From Bugula neritina (lineage: Eukaryota > Animalia > Bryozoa), in NCBI GenBank assembly GCA_964035545.1, contig OZ037765.1, positions 19,902,995-19,966,994 of the forward strand: a stretch of DNA of 64,000 nucleotides. Reading direction: 5' to 3'. Positions 22,420 to 37,900 of the stretch are shown piece by piece (within the stretch, counting starts at the first letter, position 1; each line of letters begins with the position of its first letter). The notes below the pieces were generated by a model, which saw nothing but the letters and a program-made list of their open reading frames with translations, searched no databases and was not told where the DNA came from. The position numbers and the translations under genes are program-made.

Positions 22420-25400
22420 CCTAGTAAGATCTACTGAGTTTTAGACAAAAATAAACAGCAGATTTTAAAACGCATTGTAATATCATAGATAACTAGTGGG
22501 TAGCATTATATTTTTTCAAAAATTATTCGGTCAAGGAATTATTAGTTACCTTAAAACTAAATTTCAAAAAAATTTTATGTATGAGCAGCTGAACAAAGTT
22601 TAATTATACAGCTCTAAAATACAAAGATGTTATACTTACAGCTGTTCATCAATTTCTTCAATGTGCCGCTCCTCTGTAGCTACAAAATCATCGTCAGCAG
22701 TGATTTGCTCAGATATATGAGTTTCTTGTTTTATTTCAGACTGAAACTTCTCCCATTCAAACTCATCTTTATCCACATACTCAACATTTCGTGCCTAAAG
22801 TAGTATGATAGTCATGGCCTGTTACAATCAGAATGTAGAGAAAAAACAAACATTGTGAAGTGCGTACGTGTGTGTGTGTGCGTGTATGGTGTGTGTGTGT
22901 GTATGGTGTGTGTGTAAGTGTGTGCGCGTGCGTGCAGTGGTGTGCGGTATGTGCGTGTGTGTGCGCGCGTGCGTGTGCGTGTGTGTAATTACAACTAATG
23001 TATATTACTATCATTAATACTCGTAAATTTTGCCTCCTACTACTCTTTGAGAATAGTATGATGAAACATAACTACTGACTACTGACTATCTGACCATCAA
23101 TTAAGTTGACTAATATTTATGTCGATATTAAACATTGCTGAACAAATAAGTGATGCAAAAGTCTCGCTGTAACCAATCTATTCTTAGAAGAAGAAAATAA
23201 TTCAACAGATTTCAGATTTTTTTGGTGGACAGTGACAGACTAGCATCTATAAACTTTCCTAGTCTGAGCAAACATTAATTATTTTGCCTGGAAATCATGA
23301 TCTAATCAAAACAATTAATGTAAAGTAGTGCAAATAACAGCTGTTGGTGTCTGCAGGTAAAGGTAAGATTGCTCAATGTCATTATTACAACATTATTGTC
23401 TTTTCATCGTCACACATCATCTTACAAGAATAAACAACAACAAAAACACGCTGATCTTTGGCATAGGACACTTATATGATTCTACCTTTGGCTGGCAAAC
23501 AAACGAGTACAAAGGTTCGAAGGGGGTGTCAGGCAACAACGTTTCGCAAAGACACTTAATACCATAATTTACAGGAGGACAGAATAATATAACAACAGCT
23601 ATAATATATATATGAAAGAGAACTTTACTGACAAGTTCTTACATATTTGAAGGCTACCCACTGAGAAGAACTATTGAAAGATCTGACCATCAGACAGTAC
23701 TAAGGAAAAGCTTGTAAATACATGTGTTGAAAACGTATAAGAATACGTCTAAACCTATGAAGCAGCAGCGAGAGCAAATTATATTATGAAGTTCTAAGCA
23801 TTAGCAATCTGACAATTAATACACTCAATAAATCTATATGCACCTTTGCATCTGCGACTGGGTCATCAAAAAAACCTTCAGGTAATTCAGCAGCAGGCTT
23901 AGTATCCATCTGCTCTGTGCCATCTCCCTCTATTTCTGCAGATGTAGCTGCAGCTGCATTATCAAAAAAATCTAAAATATAAGAAACTTATCAGTTATAA
24001 AGGCCATTACATGACGATGGAATTTTATACCTGCATATTAAGGAATTTCTGACACCGAGCATGTATGCAGCATTACTTATTCACATATATTTTGTATATC
24101 AGCTAAATACAACTTCAGGGTTGTATGCTCAAGTATATTGATTTTATAATAAATTTTGTGCATTATGTCATACATTGACTGGGGATGATGGCTCGTTTGC
24201 TGATGGCTAATGCAATACTGCATAAATGTAACTAGTCAAAGAGTCTTTAAATAAGGACATCATCAATAAAAACACTTCAACAATGCTATTACTTTTAATC
24301 TGTTAAATCTGCTAAAACAAAAAATATAATTGTTCAATGAAAAATGAAGAAATGAACAATTTTAATGTTTTGTTTTCCCTAACCTTTGTTCCCCAATTAC
24401 ATTTATTCTAAGAATTTTTAGATGATAATTTTTATTTAATTACACCACATGTTTTTTTTGGTAGCATACTAAAAAGAGAGCCACACATTATGGAAAATAG
24501 CCATTCAACTTTCTCAATACCAGACTCCCTTTCCCCAAAGACTGGTGGTATAGTAATTGTCTGAATAGTTTTCTTTTGTGGGCAGTTAGCTGTTCATAAC
24601 AAACTTAATAAAAAATTAAAAAGAAAAGAAAAAACACTTACTGTGCCAAACCACAATAGCCAACATGTTAAAAACATCAAGTGGCTATAGCTAAGAAAAA
24701 TTGTAGTAAACTAAATAGTTGCAAGTTGAATGCTTTGACTACTTAGATTATAGAGTGTAGGTAACCGTAACTGTAAGATCTGGCAGCTGTAAAAAAAACC
24801 AGGATTTGCAATCTCATCAATCTTGAAAGTAACAAAATACCTTTTTAATTACCAACAAACAGCACAGGCAAAATTAAAAATGGCGTGATAGCAAGCCGGT
24901 GGCTATGATTGGCTATATTTTCGGCAGACAGCTTAGTATTAGCGAAAAAAAGATAAGATATGCCAGCACTATGTAAAGTATAGACTTTCAATAAAAAATC
25001 AGATACATTGTTTCACTAAATCGAAGTGTTTGCTACCCTAGTTTAAAATTTGCACCGAAATCGTTCTAGGATGAGTCAATTTCAAGTGGTCAAAATAATC
25101 ATTTAAAATGTATAACCAGGAGGATTCAACCTATAATGGTAATAATTATGGATCTTTGTCAGATTATAGCTGGGTTGATGGTGTAAGCCAGGAACAATAT
25201 AGTTTACAGCGATTGATTTTATAGGAGGAACATGTAATGACACTTGCAGTGCTTTTGCATTTGGTTGTGCTGAAAATTATGAATTGGGTCATGTATATTG
25301 TATTTTTATAGCACTATTTCATATGTTAACATATGGCAAAGAACCACCAATTGTGAAAAATAATCTTGACGGCATCTTTTATGCTTTAAAAATTGGCAGA

Positions 25401-28393
25401 TTTGTAATTCAGTCCATAATTGAGGAAGTTTGAGTTAAAAAACTTAGAATTGGTGCGTTGACATCATTCTTGCTAATTCTACTCTCAAGATGTGCATATG
25501 ATACAGTGTTAACTTTACAAAAATGGAATTACTTAAACAGATATTTTGTAAAAGATGCTAGGTTTGAGTGTATATTAACGGAAGTTGTACTGTCACACTA
25601 TGGCCACAACCTGCATCCTTCATGTCAATCATATGAGTTACACAAGAATATTAAAGACATTGCACTTAGATGATGGCTGTACTGAAATTTTTTATAGATA
25701 AATTATCTAAGAGCTTTTTTCACAAATGTCACTACTAGAAGTTACCTGCAGGTAAGCCACCAGAGGGAGCTGGTGAAGAATTTGTGGAGGGTTTTTTGCT
25801 GGTCGCAACATTATCACTTTCATTCACACTGTCCTCGTCTGAAGATGAATAGCTAGCTAAGGGAACTGCGTTTTTGAGGATGCCTTTGGGCTTTTGTTTG
25901 GTTTCTACAACCGCCAGACAATAATAATATTACATTAAACATTAGATTAACCACAAGATCTTAGATCCAACCCTCCCAGACAAGAGATAAATGTGTCTAT
26001 AGGTTGTTTAGCTTTCTTAGGTTTATATTATTACTTTAACATTGAAGTATCAATAACAATTACACAAACATGAATGCCAAGACAAAGTTTATTTTATATG
26101 AAAATTACCACTTTTGCCAAACTACTAGAAATCTGCGCAGGACGTGCGTCATCTCTTCGCAAACTGGGTGGCGTAGGTTCATTTAAAACACGTAGGTAGC
26201 ACCTAGCTTCCAACAAATGTAAACATTTCCAGTTTCTATTTTAGAAAAAATTCGAAGCTGTACATTTAATATCAGGATAATTAGAATAATAAAAAGAAAA
26301 TAAAATTGAAAACTATAGCAAGAAACTAGTTTTTGACCCACCATTCACCCGACTTTAAAAGGTAATGAACAAAACAAATGCCAACTACAGTGGAAAAATA
26401 CAAGAAAGCATTTAAGAAAATACGTAATGGAGCGTAAAATACACTGTCAGTGCCTAGCATTGCTCAAATATTAGAGTAATTTTGTTTGAGAATCTAAAAT
26501 GCCAGATGTTGTAGTAGCATTAGATGGTCAGTGAAATTCCCCATGTCTAGAATAGATAACAATTTGAAATGCTAGAGACAACCCTTTGCCTGTAATTACT
26601 CCTTCCACAGACAAACTTTACTACCACACAGAGATCTGTCTAATATCGTAAAAATTCAGATAGCCTAAGTTCTTTAAATTTCTTAGTAAATTTAGGTTTG
26701 GGGTGAGGGTTGAAATTTTGCTACATTGTTAATCTAGAATACAGAGGTTTCTCAATTTCTCCATTACTACACCTACCTCCTCAAATTACACGTGTGAAGA
26801 AAAGCATCGAAAAATTCAAAACCGGATACACGCTTAATTTAATGTAAATTAAACATCGTTACTATATAAGGGAGTTGGGACCGCCCACTATTGGCATGGT
26901 AATTTCTTCGTTAAGAAGCAATTTTGATGATTGACAGCTTCAGCAAACCTTTCAGTTTCTTAGAAGCAGGGCTCTCAGAACTGTCGAGTTTTCTCTTACT
27001 AGAGAGTGCAGCTAAGTCAGCAGCTGTCTGGTTTGTGGTCGGCTGTGAGGCTCTCTGTAACAGAGTATAAAGGATATGGAAGAATAATTACCATCTTATC
27101 ACAGTATACAAAGTATACAAAGCTGTTACGAAATTGGCAACACCAATAATTCAAAAACAATCCTAAACAAAACACCCAACACACTTGCATGGAGACTAGT
27201 GGCCAAAAAAGATAAGATAAGGAGGTTAGTGAAGAAGGATGTGGCTGACTGGTCACCGTGACCTTGTCCCGTATTAGAGCTCATGCAAGTAAACAGTGCT
27301 GCCAGGAAACAGCTAGTGACATCATTAGCAATTGGGCAATATAGCAATTTTAATAAATGTCACACTGAGAACCAAAATATAAAATAAATAATATTAATTT
27401 GTGGCACAGATAGACAAAAAGTAGAGCAAAAAATTTCATCAAAGTATAACCACCTACACCCATGTCCTGCTAAGATGGAATAAACTACTGCAAATATATG
27501 TTACACTTAGCATGATACACTTCGCATGGTTTACCTCTTTGTGTGATCTGCTGAGAAGATGTGGATTCCAGAGTCTGTCTGACTTTACCTGGCAGTTACA
27601 TACGGTACATATCAAGTGTCCCAGACTGTTGTATGTTTACATGTAGTTAAGGGAAAACATGTCTTGTCTTAACCACAATGCAAACTTGAAGGAGACACAC
27701 AAAAAATAATAATAACAGCTACACTTATGTTAAAGATGCAAAGCACCTGTAAGCAATCACTTGGATAGGCTAGGTTGATATGAATAAATCATGACTGATT
27801 ACTCTGTAAATGTATGACAGTTATCCTATCTACACATTTGAATACATTACATATATGGAGTTATTTATCCATGGTTGATCAACTAAGAGTAGATAACTCT
27901 AGTAAAAATCTCAGTGTCAGCAGTATGAAAAAAATGTTAGTGTACTATGTTAGTAAAATGATTATGAATAATGATTTTTATAATTGGTAGGGTTAACTTG
28001 TTTATGACTAGAAATATTCTTTGTAGTCTTTAAAATACTCCCATTCTGTATATAAGTATAAAAAACTCTAACTATTTTACCCACCAAAAAACTACTGGAC
28101 CATATACTATTTGTTCATGACATGTTTCAGATGACATTTAGGTATGAAAGAGACTGTACTCTTATCAGATTATCCTGGGCACAACTACTGCAAATCAATA
28201 TTCTATTTCAGCACCGCATAGCAAATTACCACGTTTTTAAGAGCACAGGAGAAAACTTAATAGAACTTAAATATCAATATAGTTTTGCTGGAATAAAAGG
28301 ATATTTAGCTAGAGGGTGAGTGATAGTTCCATGGGTGGTAATATTCTTCATGAGACGCTTCAAATCGTCTTTGGATACACCCTTCTTCGGCAT
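20368..28393 (-). CDS. ZNF830: Zinc finger protein 830 (CCDC16/OMCG1), about 298 aa, 7 coding exons
   Basis: Exons 28393-28305, 27634-27535, 27054-26949, 25904-25746, 23971-23844, 22794-22640, 20527-20368. Signature segments HPLAKYNSLGHLICTVCNCQVKSDRLWNPHLLSRSH, LPEGFFDDPVADAKAR, EWEKFQSEI, EEIDEQ and C-terminal FLNWRSK. Confidence 0.92.
22860..22986. repeat. (TG/CG)-rich compound microsatellite in a ZNF830 intron
   Basis: Visible; explains the His/Thr-rich ORF 22781..23014. Confidence 0.9.
27635..28304 (-). other. U12-type (minor spliceosome) AT-AC intron in ZNF830
   Basis: 5' site ATATCCTTTT; branch TTTTCCCTTAAC ending 11 nt before the exon; 3' site ...GTAAAC|. Splicing restores AA|A (Lys) in the conserved LAKYN motif. 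Confidence 0.92.
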
Positions 28394-29199
28394 TTTTGGT
28401 TAGGTGAGAAAAACCTGTTAATGAGACACAAACCAAATGATTTGAAATAAACTAAACAAGTTTTATGCAGTACATAACCTAAACTATTTTAACATAAATA
28501 TGTGTGATAATTGCTGGAATTAGAATATGAAAGTAAACAAAAGTTCTTATGTAAAGCAAGTAACTTCAATGATACCAGGTCAAAGTGAATTACACATGCG
28601 ATAATGCAGACTCAATATGAAGAAGCTTAACGTTGCATCAGCCATTTTGACACCTTGATCACTTCTTGGTAAAATTTTATTTGTAAAAATTATTTGTGGA
28701 GGGTCAAAAATTCCGTCTATTATAAGCATTTGCCATTTATTTATCTTTTTAGAGCCATAATCAATTAAAGGATTATAGTGTAGATGTAGTATTTGAATTG
28801 AAATACATCTTTACTAGAGCTGCTTTGTGTAAAGCAGCCCTCATCATATATATGTTACCACAAAAAGGAGACAAAATGGATAACTATTTGCTGAGCCAAT
28901 AAAATTAATCTTTTTAAAAATTAGTTTATGTCTATAATCTGCACTTTAATATTCCATCTAATGAAAAAACCTAACCAACATACATGTTCTTTTCAGAGAA
29001 AGCTACAAGTAGTACATTAGCACACTAGCACATTATTTGAAAAACAAACTTAAATCTCCCCTAAAATACATAGGTATGTACCACAAGATTTGTACCTTCT
29101 GACCATGCCACTTTGTGAGCAACGATTTGGTAGGCTAAAAGCAAAAGAGACTGCTACACCAGCCAATTTGCAAACATAATAATTATTCTTATAGAGTTA

Positions 29200-29725
29200 T
29201 ACTCATACTTATAGTATTATTTATACTCAATAACTTAGAGTTATAATAATACTATAGATTCGTAGTAGTAGTAGTAGGAATAATTTTAATAGCAATACTA
29301 ATAGTATTACTACTAGTAGTAGTATTAATAATAGTAGTACTAGTGCCTACTAGTACTAGTACGTCTACTAGTAGTAGTAGTAATCTGTAATATTTTATTA
29401 GTAGTACTAATACTATAGTAATACTAGTACTACTTTTATTAACTCTTACTCTAAGGGTAAGTACAATCACTTTAGTCAAAAACTAAGTCTAGTCATAATC
29501 ATTATCACTTTATCATAATGATATCATAATGTGAATGTCAATCACAATGAATATGATCATGATGAATGAATATGATAAATGACTTCCTAGATTAGTGAGA
29601 GCGAAGAACAAGAATGGATATCTTTATATTTTTCTCCAAAGAACGATAGGAGAGATTAGGATCAGCACTGATTGAATGACTTTTCCAGAGCAGAGTCCAT
29701 AACTGTAAATCACATACAGAGAGGC

Positions 29726-29761
<36 letters not shown>

Positions 29762-31700
29762 AAGTAGTAGTAGTAGTAGTAGTAGACGTAGTAGTTAGCC
29801 TGATAAGTTAATCTGCAAAAGAATGTTAGCATTCATTGTTTAGACTACTGCCCAAGTACTGACAACTTATTTTCTATATGCGGCACACCCCTTTTTCTCT
29901 CTAGGGAGGTCTAATGTGAAGATAATATTGACAGGTATTATCATGATCATGATGGCCATTGACAATCTGAATCACTATCAGTATCAGTATCACTATCACT
30001 ATGACTATTAGTCTGAGTCTCAGAATCACGGAGAATCAGTATTGACTATTGAGTATTCAGTATCAGTATGAGTATTGGGACATTCCCTCCGTTAAAACAG
30101 ATAACGACGTATTGTTTATAGTATAATAGTAATTTGGATGTTCATATAGTAATATCCATTATGAGTTATAAAATTATGAAAGTTGAGCATAAAATAAAAA
30201 TTGATATAATAATAATTAGCATTATGATGTTCATGATCATTAACTTTAACTTTAAGATTGTCTTTGTAAAACTCGCGCAAAGCTTTTCTGAGCGGATAAG
30301 AGAAATAAAACGATTTATGAAAGCCGTAAAAATAGCCAATATCCAGACAGCTCAAAGTTTGTGCATCTCGCTGAATTGTTGCGGCGTTTACGTCCATGAA
30401 AGGCTAGGCTAGAGACGAGCACCCGCGGTAACAAAAAGGAGAACCTGACATTGGTACGTACAACCAATAACAAGCATAACTAGTACTACTCTTTTTGATG
30501 AAACTGAATGGTGATGTTACATTTTAGTTTTTACAAAAGTCATTTCTTTGAGTTATGGACGAGCTTACAGTGGCTTTAGAGGCTGATAAGAATCACTAGT
30601 TACTTATAAGTTATTACTTATTACTAATATTATTACGTGATGACATTTCCAATTTTTAGTTGGGGGTATTCAATATCAAATTCATTATCAATATCAATAT
30701 GAATAGTGAATATCAATTATTATTAAATAATTAATATTATTCAAATTCAATATGAATATGAATAAGATTTAGTGAATATCAATATGAATATGTTAAAACC
30801 AAAATTAATTAAGTTTAATTTGAAGTTGAAGTTAACGTTCAGTTTTACTTCGACTTTTTCAGTTTTTGTTTTAAGTTTTTGGTTCAACTTTAAGCTTGAA
30901 TTTGTTTTAAATTTAATCTTACAGTTAGTGTTACTCTTACACAGTCACACAGTCTAGATTTTCAGTTGCTTAAAGTAAATCACCCTAAAGTTACAGTTAC
31001 TTTTACTTTAAAATTACACTTCGACTTACAGTAGACGTAGTTCTATAGTGTTAACTTAAACAGATTAACTATAGTATAAGTATGACTATCAGTATTACTA
31101 TTAGTATTAACTATTTTAATTTAGTGTTTAGTTGTACTTTTACTATAACTTATAGTAAAAGTTTTAGTATCTGTATAAATATTATAATACAAATGTCCAT
31201 ATTGATATTCCGTATTTATACTAATTTTCTGTTTGCAAATGCAATCAGTATTTTAATTCACTTTTACTGTGCTTCTTTTTGTTAGTATTATAAAGACTAA
31301 AAGTTAAAGAATCTTTAGTTTTGGTTTCTTTAGTTCTTCTACCTTAGGCTAAAGTGTTGGACTAAGAGTTACAGTTTGAGTTCCTTGGTTAGTGTTAATG
31401 TTATTCATTATATTCTTTTTTGTATAACCAATAGTTCAGCGACAGTCTAAGCCTTGCAGTTAGTGTTTCTAAATTATTTTCAATGTTGCACAAATACTTA
31501 GTAATATGTTATATACTATTACTTATAGTTACACTATTGCTAATTTTAATACTAATTGCTTTAGTATTAATAACAAATATATTTTTTTGAAAACACAAGT
31601 TAGTAATAGTTATATATTTACTGATCATTCAAAAGTGCTGGTAAAATTTTATGCACAATCATGTGCATTTAGTTCACCAATTTTTAAATTACCAGCAAAT
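29200..31700. repeat. Low-complexity, decayed microsatellite-rich region between the head-to-head ZNF830 and IPO13 genes
   Basis: TAG/ATC/ATT-derived runs, including (TAG)n at about 29726-29793, surround a short GC-richer island at about 30270-30460 ending in a donor (ttg|gtacgt, about 30453) that may close the IPO13 5'UTR exon. Confidence 0.6.
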
Positions 31701-31919
31701 AACTATTGTCATAGTTTTAATATTTTGTTAAATATTTGTCTTCTAACATTCTTGAGTTGCCAAATAATTTGTTACTCGAAAACCTAGCAAATATATGCAT
31801 ATAAATGCATTTATATTTATTGAATGTAAAAATTTTGGCTGCCTAATATATGTAATACTGTTCACTGTAGAGAAAGGTAATGCCTTATATGAAACAACAA
31901 GTAGCAACTTAATTTATCA

Positions 31920-34900
31920 ATGGAAGGAATTAGTGTGGAAGCAATTTCTCAGGTATTGGTTCTGATTGTTGTACAAAGTAATTTTAGCATTGTATAGAAA
32001 ACACATTAATTTTCTTATTTAATTAATTTTTTAAGTAAATATTTATACTTATTTTGCTGTAAAATAAGCCTATTACTGTTTTTACTGATGTACAAGCTGA
32101 TAGCAAAAGATGTTTAAGATTTTCTGCAGTATTGTGGACAAGATACTAGTTGTAGACAATATGAGCTCATACTCTTTGTTTCTTGGGCTATCTATAGGCG
32201 GTGAACCAGTTCTATCACTGTCCGGCAGTACGAGATAAAGCCCATTCTTGGCTCGAATCATTTCAGGCTTCACGTGAGGCATGGCAGTTCTGTTGGTTAT
32301 TATTATCTCCTGACAAGGTGAACAGCTTTGTCCATATCTTATAAGATCAGATCCACTTGCTTTTGTGACGGTACTGCAGAGTGTTGAGAGAATTTGTTGG
32401 TACTATGTTATATTGTAACATTGTTACTGAGTTTCTATTCTGTTTGCAGTCATTAGAGGTACAGTTCTATGGTGCGGCAACTCTACATAATAAAGTATTT
32501 AAGTACTGGTAAGTTACAGTGCAATTTTAACATGTACAGTTGATGCTATTCTTTATTATGCAGTGATGCAATTTAACAGGAATTTTAAATGATAGTTACC
32601 AGGTTCTGAATCAATTAGTAATAAAATAAAATCACTTCAAATTATTTTATGTTTCAGTAAATACTTAGATTTACAAATTCCAACTGTTTATTGGGTTCGT
32701 GTTACGCAGGCATGAAATTGCGCCAGAAGATGTGGAGAAGGTTCATAATCGTCTCATGAATACTATCCTTCAGTACAGCTCCAACCCCAATGGTCGTCTC
32801 ATTGCCACCAAGTTATGCTTGGTTCTAAGTGGCGTTATTCTTCACACAATAGATGAGAAGTGGCCTGACGCTGTTTCTCAAGTCATTGCTGCCTTCCAAT
32901 CCTGTGAGACAATAGCAGTAAGTAGCATGCTGACGAAGATGCCAACTAGTTTATCTATTTAATGCTACCCAAAACTTTCCACTGCATTCACATGAAGTTA
33001 TTTGATTGTGTTAGCTAAAGAATGCACATTTCGTTCTTGTCTACTAATAAGTGAAGGCTGATTATGTTGTCATGGTGACTATTGTTTACTGTGATTGAAG
33101 GCAGAGGAGCGATGCCGGTTGCTACTCGAGGTGCTGACGGGGCTGACAGATGAGTTCAAACACGCAAATTATGGCGTCCGGAGTGGTCAGGGCTCAGCCA
33201 CATACCTCAGAGTCATGCAGCAGTTTGACCACATCCGTCAGCTGATTACTCCTTTGGTATCCCTGGAGGTCCCTGAAGTAGTTCTGACCGCTGCACTGAA
33301 GTACATTTACTAATATATTTACATGCACACACGCACGCACACACACGCACACACACACACACACAACAGACACAACAGACACGGGCGCACACACACACAC
33401 AAACACACACAACAGACACGGGCGCGCACACACACACACAACAGACACGGGCGCGCACACACACACACAACAGACACGGGTGCACACACACAGCATACAT
33501 TTAGGTTTCATTGGACAAGTTTCAGCCCACCTTGAGTGAAGGCTATTGATAAACTGGCTGAATGGCTTATTTAAAACTTTATAGTTATAAGACTTTACCA
33601 ATAAATATTTGTTTTGTTGTTAAAAATAATTCGAGGTTTGTAGCGAGTTCGTAGTGTATTGTCTACGTTGTGTTCCAGATGCATGATTAGCTGGGTTGGA
33701 TTTGGGGTTAAACTGGACCAACTGGAAGAGTTACTTGAAAAAACATTTCATTGTTTGCTGAATACAGACGAGTCTGAGCTGCTAGTTGATGCTCTAGTCA
33801 TGGCATTCACCTCACATGAGCCTTTCCAGTGAGTCAACTATTTTAACCATTATTATTGGTAAAGTGTTGCACAGTGCCGGGTAAACAGTGAGCATACATT
33901 GGACATTGTCAAAGCCCTGTAATTTTAAATCATCTCCACAAGCTATAATGACTGTTTTATCTATATTTTTTCTATTTCCAGATACCCCAGAACGATCAAA
34001 AAATATTTTATGGGAGTTTTGAAGTTATTTCCCCGTTGGCAAAAGGAGTTCGAAGAGGAAAACATGGTGAGAAGCTAAAATAACTAAATTTAGATTGATA
34101 AATGTACTGTGTAGTACTGATGCTAACAGGTTGTCATCATGTGTGTGCCTTTTATTCTACATATTGGAAAGCTTTTAGAAAACTTGTGACTAGCCGAAAG
34201 TCAACAGTGAGTCTATGACCAGCTTATAATTTGCCCTCTTTACCTCGAGTATTATTCAGCTTGACTGTTTTACAATTTCTTTTCTCTACAGGTCAATAGG
34301 ATGGGTAACATGTAATATCTCAGTCACTATATTGTATATAAGAGTATATCTCTACTACATGAAGTTGTTTATGTCTTGAGACTGAAAATTATTCTCATTT
34401 CGTCGCTACAGGACTGGTGTAAAGACATCAGCAGACTGGTGATTAGTCTGGCTGAGGAGAACATATCTCTTATTGCTAAGCTTTTTGTCGGGGACGAGGC
34501 CGACCAGCAGCTGTGCCTAAATGTTGTAGGAATGATATTGGTAGGTGCTACAGTTGTACGGGATTGATGAACACTTATGCGATAGTAATGGGGAAGTTCA
34601 ATGCTTGCAACTCAGTCTCTTTGTATTTGCTCGTTTTTTAAAGGCGTAGCTAAGATTTAACTTGCACTTTTTCTGTGTTTCTTGTCAATAACAGTGAATA
34701 TTTTGTAGCACTTTACCAATGTAAAAGGCAATTTTCCGGTTGATGAGACTCTCAGTGATATTTCCTTTGGCTTCTGGTACATTCTTCAGGTTAGTTGTAG
34801 AAGTTATCAGCCCATTATACAGTTTGCTTGTCTCTGCACATACTCAGCTTAAAGTCTTTGAAACAAATGCTTGTCTTGCTGAATAATTTATCAAACGCAT

Positions 34901-37900
34901 AACCCAATTTTAGGTTGACAACTGTGCTAATCCTAACAAAAAGTTAATTTTGATGTAAAGTGTAATCTTTGTCAATTTATGTATTTTCATATTCTTTTAG
35001 TTGTATCAAAGTATCGCAGACTTCTCAAAAGCAAAAATATTATAGACAAGAATTGTATTCGCTGTACTTTTACTTTTCAGTAGACTACTATTTAATTTAT
35101 AGAAAGTGTGAATATTTTGTCTGTCAGGAGATAACGCAGACAGCCAGCGCCCAGGAACACGCAGCGCATTACTTGAAGTTGCTCACCCCTGTCTATGTAA
35201 ACCTGGTGCACGTTCTACTTAGGAAAGCTCAATACCCCGATGACTCTGTGTATAAATCTATGAATGGAGACGAAAAAGAAATCTTCAGGTGTTATAGACA
35301 GGATATAGCTGATACTATAGTGAGTATTTATTTGTGGCTAGTTGCGTCTTATTGGTCACTATCCATCATGATACAGCAACTTGAATGTGATAGAAAAAAG
35401 GTACTGACACTTTTGACATGCTCAAGCTCTGTGATTATTTGAGTATAACTATTATGCAGTATTCAAGTGCTTGTGTTTACAACAAAGCTTGTGTAAAGAT
35501 ACTAGGCTAAAGAGAATACAACTATCAGACATTTGTAGCAACGTAAACTATCATCAATTTGATTAAAGAGTTTTACTCAAATTTGAATGAGCAAACTGCT
35601 GCAGTAAAGTGAAAGTTTGATATATTTAGGAAATATAATAAACAGCTCTTTCTATTCTTATAGATTTCCTGTAAATATTTTCATTTTCATGTGCTAGGCA
35701 CGCTTTGACTCATATCTTTCTTTTGGTTTTTTTACAGTATTCGATGACACATATTCTTTCGCTCTCTATTTTATTGCACAATATTTGACAAGTGGTATTT
35801 TCAAAAGTTGATATTATTCTAGTATATAATAACGTAATACTGTTACAGATGTATGCCCACTGTATTTTATTTGATAACCTGGCATTGTTGCTCAAGTCAT
35901 GTGTGATGGATGTCACCTGTCGACTACCTGATGTGAGATGGCAGGAGGTGGAAAGTCTTCTCTATATACTGAGTAATGTCACTGATGTTAGCCTGTCTGA
36001 AGGTTTGTGTGTTGTGATACATGTTTGTGTAAAAATACATATAGTTAATAAGTGTCCAATTAAATGTGGGTTTATACCTTCATGATTCTCAGTCATAAAT
36101 TCAATTTAGTTGAGTTGAAAATTTCACTGAGTTGCATTGCATTGTAAAAGCCACTTGTCAAAGTTTTTGTTTTGCTATAACTTAATCGGTCGATTTCAGA
36201 ATAGTAATAAAAGGGGGATGATAAATCCTTGTAGATATCAGTGTTATCACTTTGGCGACTAGATGTAAAAGCTTCATGTTTATAATTATGTCGGCTACCT
36301 CTCTTAGTTATTGCTTTTATGCAGTCGACTAAACTAGTTCATTGCGTTTTCAAAAGGCACCAAATAGCAATTAAGTGAGTCATATTTTACTATTAGAAAG
36401 TGATGATGATGTCAATAAGTTTCAGCAAAACTACAAAGGGGTACTTCACCGAGTAAAGTTTACTGAAACTTGGTACTTTTTACTCAAAATTATTATATCT
36501 AACTAAATTCAAAATTTATTATAATTTTCTGTAGTGAACAACTCAAATTTATAATATATAATACTAATATGTTTGGGCATACTTCCCTAGAGTTGTATTT
36601 ACCCGATGGCCAAGATATCGGTGAATAATGTAATACTGAATAAATATAACATGTCAGATTCATTGTGTATCAGGCAGGGTTGGGGTAATTGTAATTTGTA
36701 ATTGTAATTTGTTTTAATTAATTACATTTTTTCAAGCAATTGAATATAATTTGTAATTGATATATAAAAATGTAATTGTAATTAATTACATATCTAAAGT
36801 AATTTGTTTTACAATTACTTTATAATTACATGTCAATTACTTCAAACATTTAAATCTTAAAAGTTTCATGCTTTTCCAACCATGCCTACTGTTAAATAAC
36901 AAGTTCAGATTAAGTCAATGTAGTATTGTATCACTGTTGAGAACAAAGTAGGTTCGCCTCTGTCAAAATTGCCCCTGGTAGTTGAACCCTAGAAGTGAGA
37001 TTGCATAACTTCTATTTATCCCTTGTGAGAACAAAAGTAATTGTAATTAATTACATTGCCATGTAATTGTAATTGTAATTAATTACATTGCCATGTAATT
37101 GTAATTAATTACACTACTTTTTAACTGTAATTATAATTGTAATTTTAATTGACAAATTTTCATGTAATTGTAATTGTAATTAATTACATTCCCATGTAAT
37201 TGACCCCAACCCTGGACTATCAGGTCACTAGTGTTCTGCTGAGTCACAGTGTCATAAGATGTAAGATGAGTGTTGATTGGTTGATTGTATATAGATGAAG
37301 AAGAGTGGGAGATCAACGAGTACTCAGACAGGTTAACCAAGACACCAGATACTAAAGAAGACATCATGCTGGTTGAGGTCATCAACCTCATCTCCAAACT
37401 CAATATGGATCATGAGATCCTTCTTATCTCGGTGCTACAAGTCATTGGTAAATCATCAGTATGTCTTGTCTCTTGTCATTGTTACTACTGTTAGTTATAT
37501 GTGAATACACTCATGTATTCCTGAATTTCTTTGACTTGATGCTTTCAGAGTTGTCTCATATTAGAAGATACTGTGTCATGTTTCCACGTGGCTAATGCAT
37601 GGCTGGTTGTATAGCTAAAGCCAGCTGGTTATACCAGTACATCACACTAGAGTTTTACTAACTAAACTTTTAGAGTTGTCCTTCCTTTTGATAAATTATT
37701 GATCACTTTATTAAGCTGGAATGCCTTTGCAGCTTGTAGAATTAGAATAACAAATATCTCTTAGCTTCAGTCTAAACACAAGGCTAGTAATGTATTCTAA
37801 GCAATGATTTTATCATTACATTTCCTGTAACCTAATGTGTTCAATTGATTTATCTGCATGGAACTTTCATGTGAGGTAATTCTGTTAAACGTACAGTTAA

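Noticed and set aside
29252-31787. Several 60-93 aa Ile/Asn/Phe-rich ORFs
   Set aside because: Products of AT-rich low-complexity sequence; no motifs or consistent splice structure.
33194-33601. Cys/Val-rich 'metallothionein-like' ORFs
   Set aside because: Translation of the CA/TG compound repeat in an IPO13 intron.
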